Shown piece after piece: positions 9,908 to 19,620 of a DNA stretch of 64,000 nt. The translations under genes were made by a program, and so were the position numbers. The notes under the pieces are model-generated. The model saw nothing but the letters and a program-made list of their open reading frames with translations, made no database searches and had not been told where the DNA came from. The DNA lies in the IMG/VR virus record IMGVR_UViG_3300042330_000875, positions 82,078 to 146,077 of that record, one strand, 5' to 3'. This DNA is from a virus. Every line of letters begins with the position of its first letter. The stretch's first letter is position 1.

Positions 9908-10135
9908 ATGAGTAAGGAAGTTTGGGAAGAACGAGCGAAGCGGTTTTTAAAGGCCGAATTGAAGCGGCAAGGCGTGACGTATGAGGATTTGGCACACCGA
10001 TTAAGTGCGTTAGGCATTTCGGAAACTGAGGGATCGGTAGGGATGAAGATTTCTCGGGGCACTTACCCGGCTTGGTTTTTGTTTGCGGTTATGAGTGTGA
10101 TTGGAATTAGTGTTTTAAGATTGGAAAATGAATAG
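9908..10135 (+). CDS. DUF6471-like HTH protein, divergent from the transposase
   Basis: W..RAKRFLKAELKRQGVTYEDLA...KISRG pattern recalled from IS1595-associated small regulators. Confidence 0.7.
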   Translation: MSKEVWEERAKRFLKAELKRQGVTYEDLAHRLSALGISETEGSVGMKISRGTYPAWFLFAVMSVIGISVLRLENE

Positions 10136-10164
10136 GGGCTAATAGCCCCTATTTAAAATTGTTT

Positions 10165-10773
10165 TCACTTTATAAATTCTTGTTTAACAATAATCCATTC
10201 ATCATCTCGCGGCATTGATCCATCTATGTTACCAGAATACCTTATAATGGCACCAAATTTTTGTTTATACATTACCCCTTTATCCTCATACTCGAAATTG
10301 GATACAATTGAATATGTACAGTCTCCGTAAAAAGTCGCAGAAACATCATTAGTCGTGGGGTCGGCATAAATTTTCTTATTGCTTGGTAAGGGCACAAGCA
10401 TTTTCCTTAGAGTAGTATAATATGCATCCATAACGCTCCATCCATTTCCAGAACAATAATCTCTTTTTACGTTTTCGATTTTTGTTCTGCTATAGCTATC
10501 GTATATATTTTTCCTTCTTTCCAATTCCCGCATAACTGCACTATCGTCTATGACATTATTTTGCTGTTGATTTTTCTCTTTCTCCTGTTTCTCTTTTTCT
10601 TTTTTCTCAAGCTCAATTTTTTCGGCTAAAATTTTACTCTGAGTTTCTTTTTCCTGCTGTACCTTTTTTTGTTCCTCGACCTTGACCTTTTCGGCTTTGT
10701 CCGATTCTTTATAAAGATAAATCATAATCATAGCGACTATGACCAAAAACACATTTTTCAAGCTGAATTTCAT
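10165..10773 (-). CDS. Transposon passenger, N-terminally anchored protein
   Basis: Hydrophobic N-terminus, K/E/Q-rich linker, globular C-terminus. Confidence 0.6.
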   Translation of the reverse strand: MKFSLKNVFLVIVAMIMIYLYKESDKAEKVKVEEQKKVQQEKETQSKILAEKIELEKKEKEKQEKEKNQQQNNVIDDSAVMRELERRKNIYDSYSRTKIENVKRDYCSGNGWSVMDAYYTTLRKMLVPLPSNKKIYADPTTNDVSATFYGDCTYSIVSNFEYEDKGVMYKQKFGAIIRYSGNIDGSMPRDDEWIIVKQEFIK

Positions 10774-10820
10774 AGTAAATTACTCCTGTGATTAGGATGT
10801 TGAAAGAGTTTTTCTAAATA

Positions 10821-12608
10821 TTAACCGACATAATACGCCACTCCTTCATACTGGAAGTTACCAATCAATTTCACAGCATCGCGTTCAGAAACACTATCGG
10901 TATAAAAATGAGTTCCCGTTTTCGTGTTATAGAAACGGAATAACTCATGCGAACCTTCAATCTTGGTATCGCTTGCCATGTACGCCGTCCCTTCAAACTG
11001 GAACCCGGCTAATGCATTCACTGCATCGCGTTCTTTGGCATCGATTGTGTAGAAGTGGGTTCCGGTATTGGCATTGAAGAAGCGATAAACGGGATCATCG
11101 CCACCAGCTAAAGCCTTGAAGCCGACGCCTTCATAAAGGAACTGGTCGAGATTATTCAGAACGGTGTTTCGTTCGGTCTGGCTATTGGAATAGAAGTGCG
11201 TCCCTGTTTGGGTATTATAAAACCGATAAATGTTCAATGGATCAGCCGAACCATTGAAAACTGATACATCCAATTTCAAATTATTGAATTGGACCGTTTC
11301 GACATTGGTTAATCGGTCGGTTCCGTCTTCGGATTTAACGATGACGGTTGACCCATCGATTTTTAAACGAACATTAGCGTTGTACGTAGCGTTGATAACA
11401 ACCGTGTCGTTTCCGGCCCCAAGATTGATTGTATCGCTGCCACGGCCACCAGAAACGCTATCGGCACCTGAAGAACCCGTAATCGTGTCGTTATTAAAGG
11501 AGCCGCTGTACGTGCCTGCAATGGTCTTTGTGAGGCCGTCTAGCTCACCATCGGTATAAGCAGTGCGAACAACGTTTTCTGCTTGTTTATCGATGACGGT
11601 CCAATCATTATTATTCCCATTGTTTTCGGCTGTAGAGGTATTTCTCCCATTCCAAACGGCAGTTCCCATAAATTTATCGCCTAATTCGCTACTCATGACC
11701 GAAAGAACAGCCTTATACCAATCAGCTTGTTCTTTTTGGTCCGAAGGGGCTAAGTTATAATCACTTGGTTCTTGCATCGTTCCAGAGCCGTCATAACTTT
11801 GAACGCCAATTTCAGTAAACATAATTTTCTTACCGGTTGTTTCAGCAAGATTTTTTAGGTAATCAACCCAATTTACTTTTCTTGAGTTATCACCATATAA
11901 AGCGCGAACAAAATCATCATAATTCGCGTTCTTACTGAGTGTTAATTGCGGATAAAAATCTACTCCGATGTAATCAAGTTTATCAAGCCACTTGATATTC
12001 GCCAATTCATTGGCTGGAACATAATTAGGCTGAAAGCCCACAAATGCGGCATAGGTTAATTTGCCTGAATAAACTGAACGGATTTGTGAAATTAGGCTTT
12101 CCCAATATCCCTTTGTGTCGCCAGTTGTGAAATGAAGCATCTCATTCCCAATTGCAATGGCTTCAACTCCCTTTGATTGGCAAGCTTTCGCTAAATCAAC
12201 CATATACGCGGTATATTGTTGAAAGAATGCAGCTTTATCACCAACATTTGAGTTGGTTGGTAAATTAAAATTTGTAAACTTATCCAGACCATTTTCTACA
12301 TAGAAATCTACTACTTGTTGACGAATGGTAACAGCTAACCCTTGATTATGGAGATAATCGGCTTTGCTCATCAATTCATCAATGGTGTAACCGCCACGCA
12401 CTGGAATCGTATTTTGGTAATATGTTACTGCCAAAGGGTCAAAGTTATTCTTATCTTCTTCCCATTCAACGATGCTGCCAAGATAGGCGTGATTTGCCCC
12501 CATAGTTTTGTACTGATCGACAATATAATTAAAATTAACTTCGCTATAGGTAATGTTTTTTGTTCCCATATATGTGAAGGCTTTTTGTTCGAAACGAGTG
12601 GTTTGCAT
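10821..12608 (-). CDS. GH113-like TIM-barrel glycoside hydrolase + RTX-like repeats + DUF5648-like C-terminus (transposon copy)
   Basis: IGNEM (acid/base), YSGKLTYAA, DYIGVDFY, MFTEIG (nucleophile); GGRGSDT/GAGNDT repeats; three YRFYN..TGTHFY repeats. Confidence 0.75.
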   Translation of the reverse strand: MQTTRFEQKAFTYMGTKNITYSEVNFNYIVDQYKTMGANHAYLGSIVEWEEDKNNFDPLAVTYYQNTIPVRGGYTIDELMSKADYLHNQGLAVTIRQQVVDFYVENGLDKFTNFNLPTNSNVGDKAAFFQQYTAYMVDLAKACQSKGVEAIAIGNEMLHFTTGDTKGYWESLISQIRSVYSGKLTYAAFVGFQPNYVPANELANIKWLDKLDYIGVDFYPQLTLSKNANYDDFVRALYGDNSRKVNWVDYLKNLAETTGKKIMFTEIGVQSYDGSGTMQEPSDYNLAPSDQKEQADWYKAVLSVMSSELGDKFMGTAVWNGRNTSTAENNGNNNDWTVIDKQAENVVRTAYTDGELDGLTKTIAGTYSGSFNNDTITGSSGADSVSGGRGSDTINLGAGNDTVVINATYNANVRLKIDGSTVIVKSEDGTDRLTNVETVQFNNLKLDVSVFNGSADPLNIYRFYNTQTGTHFYSNSQTERNTVLNNLDQFLYEGVGFKALAGGDDPVYRFFNANTGTHFYTIDAKERDAVNALAGFQFEGTAYMASDTKIEGSHELFRFYNTKTGTHFYTDSVSERDAVKLIGNFQYEGVAYYVG

Positions 12609-12731
12609 AACGGTAATCTCCTTCTGAAAAAAATAGCGTTACAGAAACTCAAAAGAATTTCTGTTTTTACCCAACTATTGATTTACGAAAAAAAGGTTTA
12701 GGCGCTTCTGAAACGCCTAAACCTTTTGGAT

Positions 12732-12884
12732 TTAAGCTTGGAAAGGTCCAGAAACAATCGAACCTTTGCCGTATTGCTGCTCAAGCATGGACCTTGCGTT
12801 TCCGGGATTACTCGCTTGGACGGTAACATCTTCATATGCCCCGTTCGGAAGCCTTACGCGCGCTTTATACGTCTTAGTTGACAT
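12732..12884 (-). CDS. 50 aa hypothetical protein, missing from the ORF track
   Basis: MSTKTYKARVRLPNGAYEDVTVQASNPGNARSMLEQQYGKGSIVSGPFQA with AGGAG RBS at 12891-12895. Confidence 0.6.
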   Translation of the reverse strand: MSTKTYKARVRLPNGAYEDVTVQASNPGNARSMLEQQYGKGSIVSGPFQA

Positions 12885-12995
12885 TTTTCACTCCTGATTG
12901 ACACCAAACCGCAGATCGAACCGCTTAACGGCTCAACCTTTTAATCTTTACTATAGTGAATGGTTTGAGGGCTGTAAAGTCCTCAGTGTGCCCGT

Positions 12996-13244
12996 ATGGA
13001 CATTCGGGAACTGGTTGGATCAAATCTTAAACGTTTGCGACTGGAGCGAGGCATAAGCCAAGAAACGCTTGCAGCAGAAGCAGGTATAGCCTCTAGCTTT
13101 CTCAGTCAGATCGAAAATGGAAAACGCAGCGCAACCATAACAACGCTCGATATTTTGACTAAAACTCTTAATGTCAATATAATTGAATTATTCTCTGAAC
13201 TCTCTGAAATCCCAAAGGGATTACCAAGAGGTCGGCGAAAATAG
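12996..13244 (+). CDS. XRE/Cro-C1 HTH regulator
   Basis: NLKRLRLERGISQETLA...SFLSQIENGKRSAT. Confidence 0.9.
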   Translation: MDIRELVGSNLKRLRLERGISQETLAAEAGIASSFLSQIENGKRSATITTLDILTKTLNVNIIELFSELSEIPKGLPRGRRK

Positions 13245-13331
13245 CTACCCAAATCCTTTATCCTCAAACCTGCCAATCCCGTTAGACGACATATGTTAAT
13301 ATGTTTTGAGGAGGTTTCGGGCTTCTTATGA

Positions 13332-13523
13332 GAAGCCTTAGCGGTCGATGCTGCGATTGATCGGCTCTATGTGTATCGATTGGAACGGAATCAGGAAAAC
13401 CCTACCGTTGCCCTCTTAGATCGACTCGCAAATGCACTCGGTTGTGACACACGGGATTTTTTCGATGAACCCAATGGCGAATCGCTTCCCGCCCTCAAAA
13501 GCGGCAGAAAGAAAAAATCTTAA
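13332..13523 (+). pseudogene. Degenerate second XRE HTH gene
   Basis: EALAVDAAIDRLYVYRLERNQENPTVALLDRLANALGC...LKSGRK preceded by an in-frame TGA, no intact N-terminus. Confidence 0.65.
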
Positions 13524-13724
13524 ATTTTTACCATTAAAAGTAATTAATGCCTATGCAATTTCGGCCATATGTGTAAACGCCCATCTTGCTTTGATATAAC
13601 CGTGCTAAATTTAACAGACAATTTAATTCACTAACCTTCATCAAAATTTGAGCTTCAATTTGTAAAATGTCATTTTGCATTGTTCGGCCTTTCAATAAAT
13701 TATGATTGTATTTATATTTGATGA

Positions 13725-14063
13725 ATGAAATTTTATTTCGATATTGACATACCTCTCAGAATTGATAATGCTTTTTTGGAGAGCCATAGATATAAAGAGA
13801 TTTCAGAAATGGACGAAAATCAGAAAAAAATCCTTAATGAGTTAAAATTCTTTGAACATAAAAGAGAAGAATTAAAAAGAGATTTTGATAAAAAAGAATA
13901 TTTTCATTTTGAGTATCGTTTCGTCTATGGAGATTTATCTTTTGTAATTCCAGTAGATTTTGCTAAAGAAAAGGAAATGACCCAAGAGGAATTAACTACT
14001 GAAGGGCTTGATGCTCTTAAACAATTCGTCGTTTTGATCGCCAAAAAAGTCGTGGAAGGCTGA
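13725..14063 (+). CDS. Transposon passenger, hypothetical
   Basis: 112 aa ORF. Confidence 0.45.
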   Translation: MKFYFDIDIPLRIDNAFLESHRYKEISEMDENQKKILNELKFFEHKREELKRDFDKKEYFHFEYRFVYGDLSFVIPVDFAKEKEMTQEELTTEGLDALKQFVVLIAKKVVEG

Positions 14064-14237
14064 TTCCAAAACGATAGAGGAATTTCTCTATTTTCCCGGC
14101 ACGAGGCATAGCACCATATTTTATTAACCAAGGTGGATCAGATAAAAAGCTATCCAACCAACGCAAAAAATTTTCCCATAATTTATTGAAATACTTCATC
14201 ATTTATAAATATATTTATACAAAATGAGGGAAATAAA

Positions 14238-14468
14238 ATGAATAATACCGATAAAAGAGTTTTAGAGCTTTATGAGGAAGCAAAAAACGAAATTGAAAAA
14301 ATAGTCATAAAACATGCTGAAAAAATTGTTTCATTCACAAAAGAAAATAACATTCCGAACACGGATCATGTCGTGTTTGGAACGAAATTGGGTTATGGTG
14401 ATGATTTATCATTAACTGCTCAGCGATTATCGGCTTCTGTCATGTTTAAATCAATGAACCTAAATTAA
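14238..14468 (+). CDS. Transposon passenger, hypothetical
   Basis: GAGG RBS, 76 aa. Confidence 0.5.
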   Translation: MNNTDKRVLELYEEAKNEIEKIVIKHAEKIVSFTKENNIPNTDHVVFGTKLGYGDDLSLTAQRLSASVMFKSMNLN

Positions 14469-14850
14469 ACACATACTTTCATACCTTGAGTAGCATGAGC
14501 TAGTTCTGAAGCAAAATTAAAAAATTTTTCTTCAGCTAATTTGTAAATATAATTTGGATTATTTATCGACTGGCCGTTCTGTTTTAATTCTTCGTCCGAG
14601 ATAAAAATTTCTAATGTATTCGGAGGATTGTGAAGTGCGTTAGTAGTCAACGATACTGTAACTACTATCCCGCTATTTACGCGACGCTGACTCACAAAAC
14701 ATATCGTTGTTGCCATAACGCTATCTCCATCTAAATCAACCCAATAACCGTAATTCGAGACGCGAAAATCTGTCAATGCAATCCTAAGAAGAAAATTCAA
14801 TTAAATAACGAAAATAATATGTTAATTGTAAAAATCTTATGTCTCGGTTG

Positions 14851-14874
14851 GTGGCGTTTGATACATAATACCGG
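14851..14874 (-). repeat. Right terminal inverted repeat
   Basis: Pairs with 7757-7780. Confidence 0.9.
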
Positions 14875-14880
14875 AGTTTT

Positions 14881-14957
14881 GTTAAGTTGCAGTTGTACGA
14901 ACTCTCTCAATATTTCCTTGTTTTCTGCGGCTCTCCATGAATAGAAAATTTATTAGA
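14881..14957. repeat. ~78 bp dispersed repeat, copy 1
   Basis: GTTAAGTTGCAGTTG...AACTCTCT...GTTTTCTGCGGCTCT...GAATA..AAAT.TATTAGA, also at 22190 and 26670. Confidence 0.85.
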
Positions 14958-14977
14958 CAAGAGAGAATTGAAATGTT

Positions 14978-15286
14978 TTATGTGTATTTTAACAGCATTT
15001 CAACTTGAAAGGCACTGTCTTGATTTGGATGATTTAAAAGCCAATCATGAATACCATAATATTGAACATTTTTTATATAAAACCAATACGTTTCATCAGG
15101 ATTAATAATTGATGGGCCATTTAGTCTATGTAATATTCTGCCTCTTTCACACCATCTTTTATATCCAGTTGATAAGATTTCAAGTGCGGGTGTATTTTCA
15201 TTTGGTGAGGAAATTTTAAACACAGGGATAATATAAGGAATTACGGTTGTGAATTTTTCACCATCAATATAATAAATATAACTCAT
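14978..15286 (-). CDS. HRLTGP-family paralog 2 (tail type B)
   Basis: YYIDGEKF, SSPNENTPA, HRLNGP, HPNQDSAFQVEMLLKYT. Confidence 0.85.
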   Translation of the reverse strand: MSYIYYIDGEKFTTVIPYIIPVFKISSPNENTPALEILSTGYKRWCERGRILHRLNGPSIINPDETYWFYIKNVQYYGIHDWLLNHPNQDSAFQVEMLLKYT

Positions 15287-15406
15287 TTAGTGATCCAATT
15301 AGATATGTGTTTAATCGCGTTTTAAGGCATGTTTTAGAGGTTTTAAGATAATTTATAGCTCTACCTACGTTAATATATTTAATGTGCCTTGTAGAGCTTT
15401 AAAATG

Positions 15407-15436
15407 AAAAGAGGGAAATTTAAATTTCCCTCTTTT
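15407..15436. terminator. Intrinsic terminator
   Basis: AAAAGAGGGAAATTTAAATTTCCCTCTTTT. Confidence 0.8.
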
Positions 15437-15438
15437 GT

Positions 15439-15621
15439 TTAGTTGATTAGATAAAAACTTGGAATTGCAATTTCGCAATTAAAGTCTCGATCTTCAATTA
15501 GCAATTCTGCGTGACGTTCATCGCGTGCTAGAATTTCAAATTGTTCTTGGCCCATAAATGCAGGCCCGCCAAATTCGGTACAATCATTATAACGATCAAC
15601 AATAACATGAAACTTTTGCAT
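15439..15621 (-). CDS. Small hypothetical protein (early cassette)
   Basis: GGGAG RBS, TTGACA promoter upstream, terminator downstream. Confidence 0.55.
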   Translation of the reverse strand: MQKFHVIVDRYNDCTEFGGPAFMGQEQFEILARDERHAELLIEDRDFNCEIAIPSFYLIN

Positions 15622-15691
15622 TTTAATTCTCCCAATTGGTTGATGATTTGAATTTAAAACATTTTTTATTTTTTGTCAACAGAAAAATGTT

Positions 15692-16786
15692 TTAAAAAAG
15701 TAAATTATAATTAAATGATTTTTTAATAAATGGACTTAATGTTACAGTGCCTTTTTCATTTTCATAAATTAAACTACCATCTTTTGTGATTTCTACAAAG
15801 TCTTTTTGTTCAAACATAATTTCTCCCCATTCGTAAGAAGAAGTCATAGGTTGAGGTGAACAACCTTCTAATGATTTTGTTTTTTTCTTTTGAGAAGAGA
15901 AAATTTTATATTCAATACTAAAATCATCTTCTTGTAATGGTGAATGAATTGAATAAGTAGTTACTTCAATTTTATCATTATTTTTTAATTTAAGATTGAT
16001 TTCATAAGATTGTGAACCTTCTGGACGAATATTAATATGTTCTAAAACTTCATTTAAAGTATCATTTTTATAACGATTTAAATCTTCAACTAATGCGGTT
16101 AAAAGATCAAATGTGAAATCTTGAATTGTAAAACTTAATACCAAAATATCTTTGATTAATTCTTTACGAATTAAATTTTCTTCACAATAATCTTTAATAG
16201 TTTTTTCATCTAAACCATTATAAGAATAAAAATAGAAAATTCTTCCTGGTCGATTGATTAAATTTTTATCTAATCGACTAAAACTATTACAGCTTAAAAT
16301 AAACAATTGATTGGTAGTCATTGTACCATCCAATAAAGTTAACATTAATTCTTGTTGTTCTTCATTAAAGACTTTTTCATATTCATCTAAAACAACAACT
16401 ACATTTCCTAATGTTGACATGAAGGTTTTAAAATTATCCATATCTGGAAATGCTGTATTAATTACAATTGTAGCAAATCCAAGTTTTTTTGCTTGTAATG
16501 AAACAAGTTTTGATAAAACTGTTTTACCTGAACCTTTGGTTCCTTGAAGTAAAACACCAGTATTTTGTTTACGATCTTGATAAGTATTTAAAATACGATT
16601 TGCTCTTTTTTCGGCATCACCATAAATTTTATCTGGTAATTTAAAATCTGGCATAAGTTCCAAATAAAAACCACTAATAATTGAAAATTTAACTGCATAG
16701 GTATTTGGTGGAAGTTTTTTGTGATTAATTCCTTGAAGATTGTTTTTTACAAAAACTTTATCTCCGGTTTCATGATATGTAAACAA
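15692..16786 (-). CDS. AAA+ ATPase
   Basis: GTKGSGKT Walker A, VVLDEYEK Walker B, LLDG, NRPGRI. Confidence 0.85.
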   Translation of the reverse strand: MFTYHETGDKVFVKNNLQGINHKKLPPNTYAVKFSIISGFYLELMPDFKLPDKIYGDAEKRANRILNTYQDRKQNTGVLLQGTKGSGKTVLSKLVSLQAKKLGFATIVINTAFPDMDNFKTFMSTLGNVVVVLDEYEKVFNEEQQELMLTLLDGTMTTNQLFILSCNSFSRLDKNLINRPGRIFYFYSYNGLDEKTIKDYCEENLIRKELIKDILVLSFTIQDFTFDLLTALVEDLNRYKNDTLNEVLEHINIRPEGSQSYEINLKLKNNDKIEVTTYSIHSPLQEDDFSIEYKIFSSQKKKTKSLEGCSPQPMTSSYEWGEIMFEQKDFVEITKDGSLIYENEKGTVTLSPFIKKSFNYNLLF

Positions 16787-16875
16787 TTTTATTTTCCTTC
16801 TTTAAAACTCTTGACATAAGCTAACTTGGATGTTAAAGTTTGTCAATTGAAAAAACGGAAAGAATAGAAAATTTT

Positions 16876-17217
16876 ATGAGTTTAACATATTTTATTGATG
16901 GAAATTCTAAATTAACCAAAGAATATTCCAAAGTATTATTATCAATTCCTTATTATAATGATAAAACCTTAGATAATATTAACCTTAATAGTTTATTTTT
17001 TTATTTAACTGGAAAAGAAAATATTGATGTACCAAAAAATTTTTACAATACTATTTTGTCATTTTTTGATTTAGAAGAAATTTATTTATTATATCCATTA
17101 GGTAATTTTGAAATAAAAAGTATTAATCAAGAAAATAATGTTAACTTATTTAATTTTGAAATAAAATTTACTTTTAATAATAGTACCGATGAATTACTTT
17201 ATATTTTGAGGAAATAA
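16876..17217 (+). CDS. Hypothetical protein with shared C-terminal motif
   Basis: Ends FTFNNSTDELLYILRK; ATG at 16876 preferred over TTG at 16840. Confidence 0.6.
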   Translation: MSLTYFIDGNSKLTKEYSKVLLSIPYYNDKTLDNINLNSLFFYLTGKENIDVPKNFYNTILSFFDLEEIYLLYPLGNFEIKSINQENNVNLFNFEIKFTFNNSTDELLYILRK

Positions 17218-17218
17218 A

Positions 17219-17525
17219 ATGATAATTTATTACGTTGATAGTGAAAAATTTATAACTGATGATTACAATAAAATTCCTTGGAAAGAAGTTTCATCACCTG
17301 ATGAAAATACACCAGCAATTCAAAATTTAAAAACATATTAAGTGGTGGTATAACAAAGGTGGTATTATTCATAGATTAACCGGAACGGCAAGAGCTTGGT
17401 CTGATGGATTAGAACAATTTTGGTTAAATGGAAGATATTATGGTGATGATGTTACATTTTGGCTTAAACATCATCCAAATCAAGATAATACGTTTCAAAT
17501 AGAAATGTTATTAAAATATTCTTAG
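17219..17525 (+). pseudogene. HRLTGP-family paralog 3, frameshifted (tail type B)
   Basis: MIIYYVDSEKF...SSPDENTPAIQNLKTY*, then in a shifted frame KWWYNKGGIIHRLTGTA...HPNQDNTFQIEMLLKYS*; shift near 17335-17340. Confidence 0.8.
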
Positions 17526-17537
17526 GAGTAATTAAAA

Positions 17538-18455
17538 ATGATTCCAGTTCTTCTTGGTAGTGAAGCGTTGCGAGCTAATAATATTAAAATCACTCGCAAA
17601 TTAAAAGACATTGATATTTTATCGGATTTATCAACTGGATTAACTTTTGCTAAACAATTATTTGGTGATACTTTCAATCAAAGAAATAATAAAAATCATT
17701 ATCATTTCGATAATCGTATTTTTCATTTAGAAGTTGAAACTATTGATAATCAATTAAGCAATAACTTTTATCAATTAATTCTCAATGATAAAAATACATT
17801 TAAAGTTAATCGTCATGATTTTGAATTTTTAATTCCAAGTACAGAAATTTTGCTTGGTTTAAAATTAACCCATCGTTATAAAAGAAATTCTCCACATTTT
17901 ATTAAAACCATGCGAGATATTCAATATCTTCGCAATTTAGGAATTAAAGTACCTGAAAGCAAAGAATGGAAAGATTGGTTTAAAGCTAGAGAAAAAGAAA
18001 CTTATGCTTATGATCATCCAAGTTTAAACATGACTAAAAAAGATTTTTTTAAAACACCAAATGTAAAATACAAATATGATCATGATTCTATTCATTTAGC
18101 TGTAGCTATTGGCGAGCAACCAGCTTATATGTATTTTAAACCTGAAAATTCAGACGTTTTATGTTCAAAAGAAATGTTTTTTGCCTGTGATTTTTCCGTT
18201 CAATTAAATGCTGTAATTGAAGAAACAATGGTTTTAGCTTTAGAGCGTTCATTAATCCCAACTGAATTTAAAGCAAGACCAATTTTTGCTTATGAAACAG
18301 CATTAAAAAATATTTGCACTGGAACAACTTCTGGATGGTTTCGTGAATTTGCATGGGAAAATTATGATTTAGCATTAAATGCTTTTAATTTAGATTTTGT
18401 TGAAAAATATCATCGTGCTTTCAAGGATGGTAATATTTTACCTTTTAAGGAATAA
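17538..18455 (+). CDS. Conserved phage protein, putative nucleotidyltransferase fold
   Basis: N-terminal LGSEAL...KDIDI (GS...DxD); YDHDSIH, EETMVLALER, TTSGWFREFA blocks. Confidence 0.55.
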   Translation: MIPVLLGSEALRANNIKITRKLKDIDILSDLSTGLTFAKQLFGDTFNQRNNKNHYHFDNRIFHLEVETIDNQLSNNFYQLILNDKNTFKVNRHDFEFLIPSTEILLGLKLTHRYKRNSPHFIKTMRDIQYLRNLGIKVPESKEWKDWFKAREKETYAYDHPSLNMTKKDFFKTPNVKYKYDHDSIHLAVAIGEQPAYMYFKPENSDVLCSKEMFFACDFSVQLNAVIEETMVLALERSLIPTEFKARPIFAYETALKNICTGTTSGWFREFAWENYDLALNAFNLDFVEKYHRAFKDGNILPFKE

Positions 18456-18460
18456 ATTTA

Positions 18461-18793
18461 ATGTATGTTTATTATATTGATGGTGAAAAATTTACAACCA
18501 ATAATAAAGATGAAATTCCTTGGTGGAAAATTTCATCTCCCGATGAAGACACCCCTGCTTTTGAAGATTTATCTGATGGATTTAAAGCGTGGTGTTTAAA
18601 AAATGGATTTGGGGATCGTTTAATTGGTCCTGCAAAAATTTGGTCTGATGGAAGAGAAGAATTTTGGTTAAATGACAAACGATATGAAAACGTAAAGGAA
18701 TGGATTGCAGATCATCCAAATCCTGATTTGTACTTTCACAATATTGGTATTTTTACTGAAACCGACAAAGTTCTTTGGTTTTTAAAAAATTAA
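18461..18793 (+). CDS. HRLTGP-family paralog 4 (tail A)
   Basis: Family motifs; ends ETDKVLWFLKN. Confidence 0.85.
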   Translation: MYVYYIDGEKFTTNNKDEIPWWKISSPDEDTPAFEDLSDGFKAWCLKNGFGDRLIGPAKIWSDGREEFWLNDKRYENVKEWIADHPNPDLYFHNIGIFTETDKVLWFLKN

Positions 18794-18821
18794 AGGGGGA
18801 GAAACAATTCTCCCCCTTTTT
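18792..18821. terminator. Bidirectional terminator
   Basis: AAAGGGGGAGAA-ACAA-TTCTCCCCCTTTTT. Confidence 0.8.
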
Positions 18822-18911
18822 ATCATTAACGAACGGTTACAATCGCATAGCCAACTAGAATTTCGCTTACCACAATGAGAAGCAATTCATAAAAACCTCC
18901 ACCAAATAACT

Positions 18912-19151
18912 TCAGAATGCATACCCAGAAAATTCACCCGAAACCCAACGAGGGAAACCGACCAGAATAACGTTTTTCATCCCGGCGTTATAACTATCAC
19001 CAAACAATGTATCCCCCAAAAAACCGTCTGTTTTAATGTCGTTCGCGCTCACAGTTCGTAAACTATCTTCATGCAAGATAGTGTACCCTGCTTTTACTTC
19101 AGATATATGTACCTCTTTTGTGACGTATTGTTTTACCAGCGTCATTTTCAT
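18912..19151 (-). CDS. Small hypothetical protein (early cassette)
   Basis: AAGGAG RBS after a strong promoter. Confidence 0.6.
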   Translation of the reverse strand: MKMTLVKQYVTKEVHISEVKAGYTILHEDSLRTVSANDIKTDGFLGDTLFGDSYNAGMKNVILVGFPRWVSGEFSGYAF

Positions 19152-19189
19152 CTCTCCTTTATACGATAAATTGCCGTCTTGATGAAACC

Positions 19190-19218
19190 AATATAGAAAA
19201 TTTTTTGGTTGTTGTCAA
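19190..19218 (-). promoter_or_regulatory. Phage early promoter TTGACA-N17-TATATT
   Basis: Same architecture and leader (CATCAAGACGG) as 7705-7733. Confidence 0.8.
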
Positions 19219-19232
19219 GCACTTTTTTAAAT

Positions 19233-19538
19233 TTAATTTTTTAAATCCCAAAGAACTAATTCAAGATTGGTTGGTTCAATTTCGATTGCAATTAAATCAT
19301 GTGGATATGGATTAATAGAAGTAAAAATATCATACATTATAAGGCTATCTAATTTTATTAATTTAACAATTTTAAAATGTTTTTTAATTTCATCTAATAA
19401 ATCAATCATACTTTTATTATGAAATTTATTAGAAATTGTATTATTGATATAATCAATATCATAAGAAGTAACATTACCAACAGCTACAATTTCATCTATT
19501 AATTTTATATTTTTTCCATAATGTATATATTTTATCAT
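19233..19538 (-). CDS. Hypothetical protein with shared C-terminal motif
   Basis: Ends EPTNLELVLWDLKN. Confidence 0.6.
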   Translation of the reverse strand: MIKYIHYGKNIKLIDEIVAVGNVTSYDIDYINNTISNKFHNKSMIDLLDEIKKHFKIVKLIKLDSLIMYDIFTSINPYPHDLIAIEIEPTNLELVLWDLKN

Positions 19539-19620
19539 TTATTATTCCTTCTATATCAATCTTATATTGTTTATTTTTAAGAGTCAACAGAAATTAATTT
19601 AAAATTTTTCTAAATATTAG

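Larger units (their letters stand above)
7757..14874. mobile_element. IS1595-family transposon with passenger genes (ISNha5-like tIS), about 7.1 kb
   Basis: Terminal IRs CCGGTATTATGTAGCAAACGCCAC (7757-7780) and GTGGCGTTTGATACATAATACCGG (14851-14874), 23/24 match; internal IS1595 transposase; visibly higher GC; joined flanks rebuild the repeat seen intact at 22138-22268 and 26618-26748. Confidence 0.88.

Noticed and set aside
7749-14882. Perfect target-site duplication of the transposon
   Set aside because: Flanks match the empty-site 8-mer only at 7/8 and 6/8; reported as degenerate, not as a feature.
15290-15405. Possible origin or structured RNA in the intergenic stretch
   Set aside because: Only short imperfect inverted matches (AGCTCTAC/GTAGAGCT, AAGGCA/TGCCTT); no iterons or second full copy seen.
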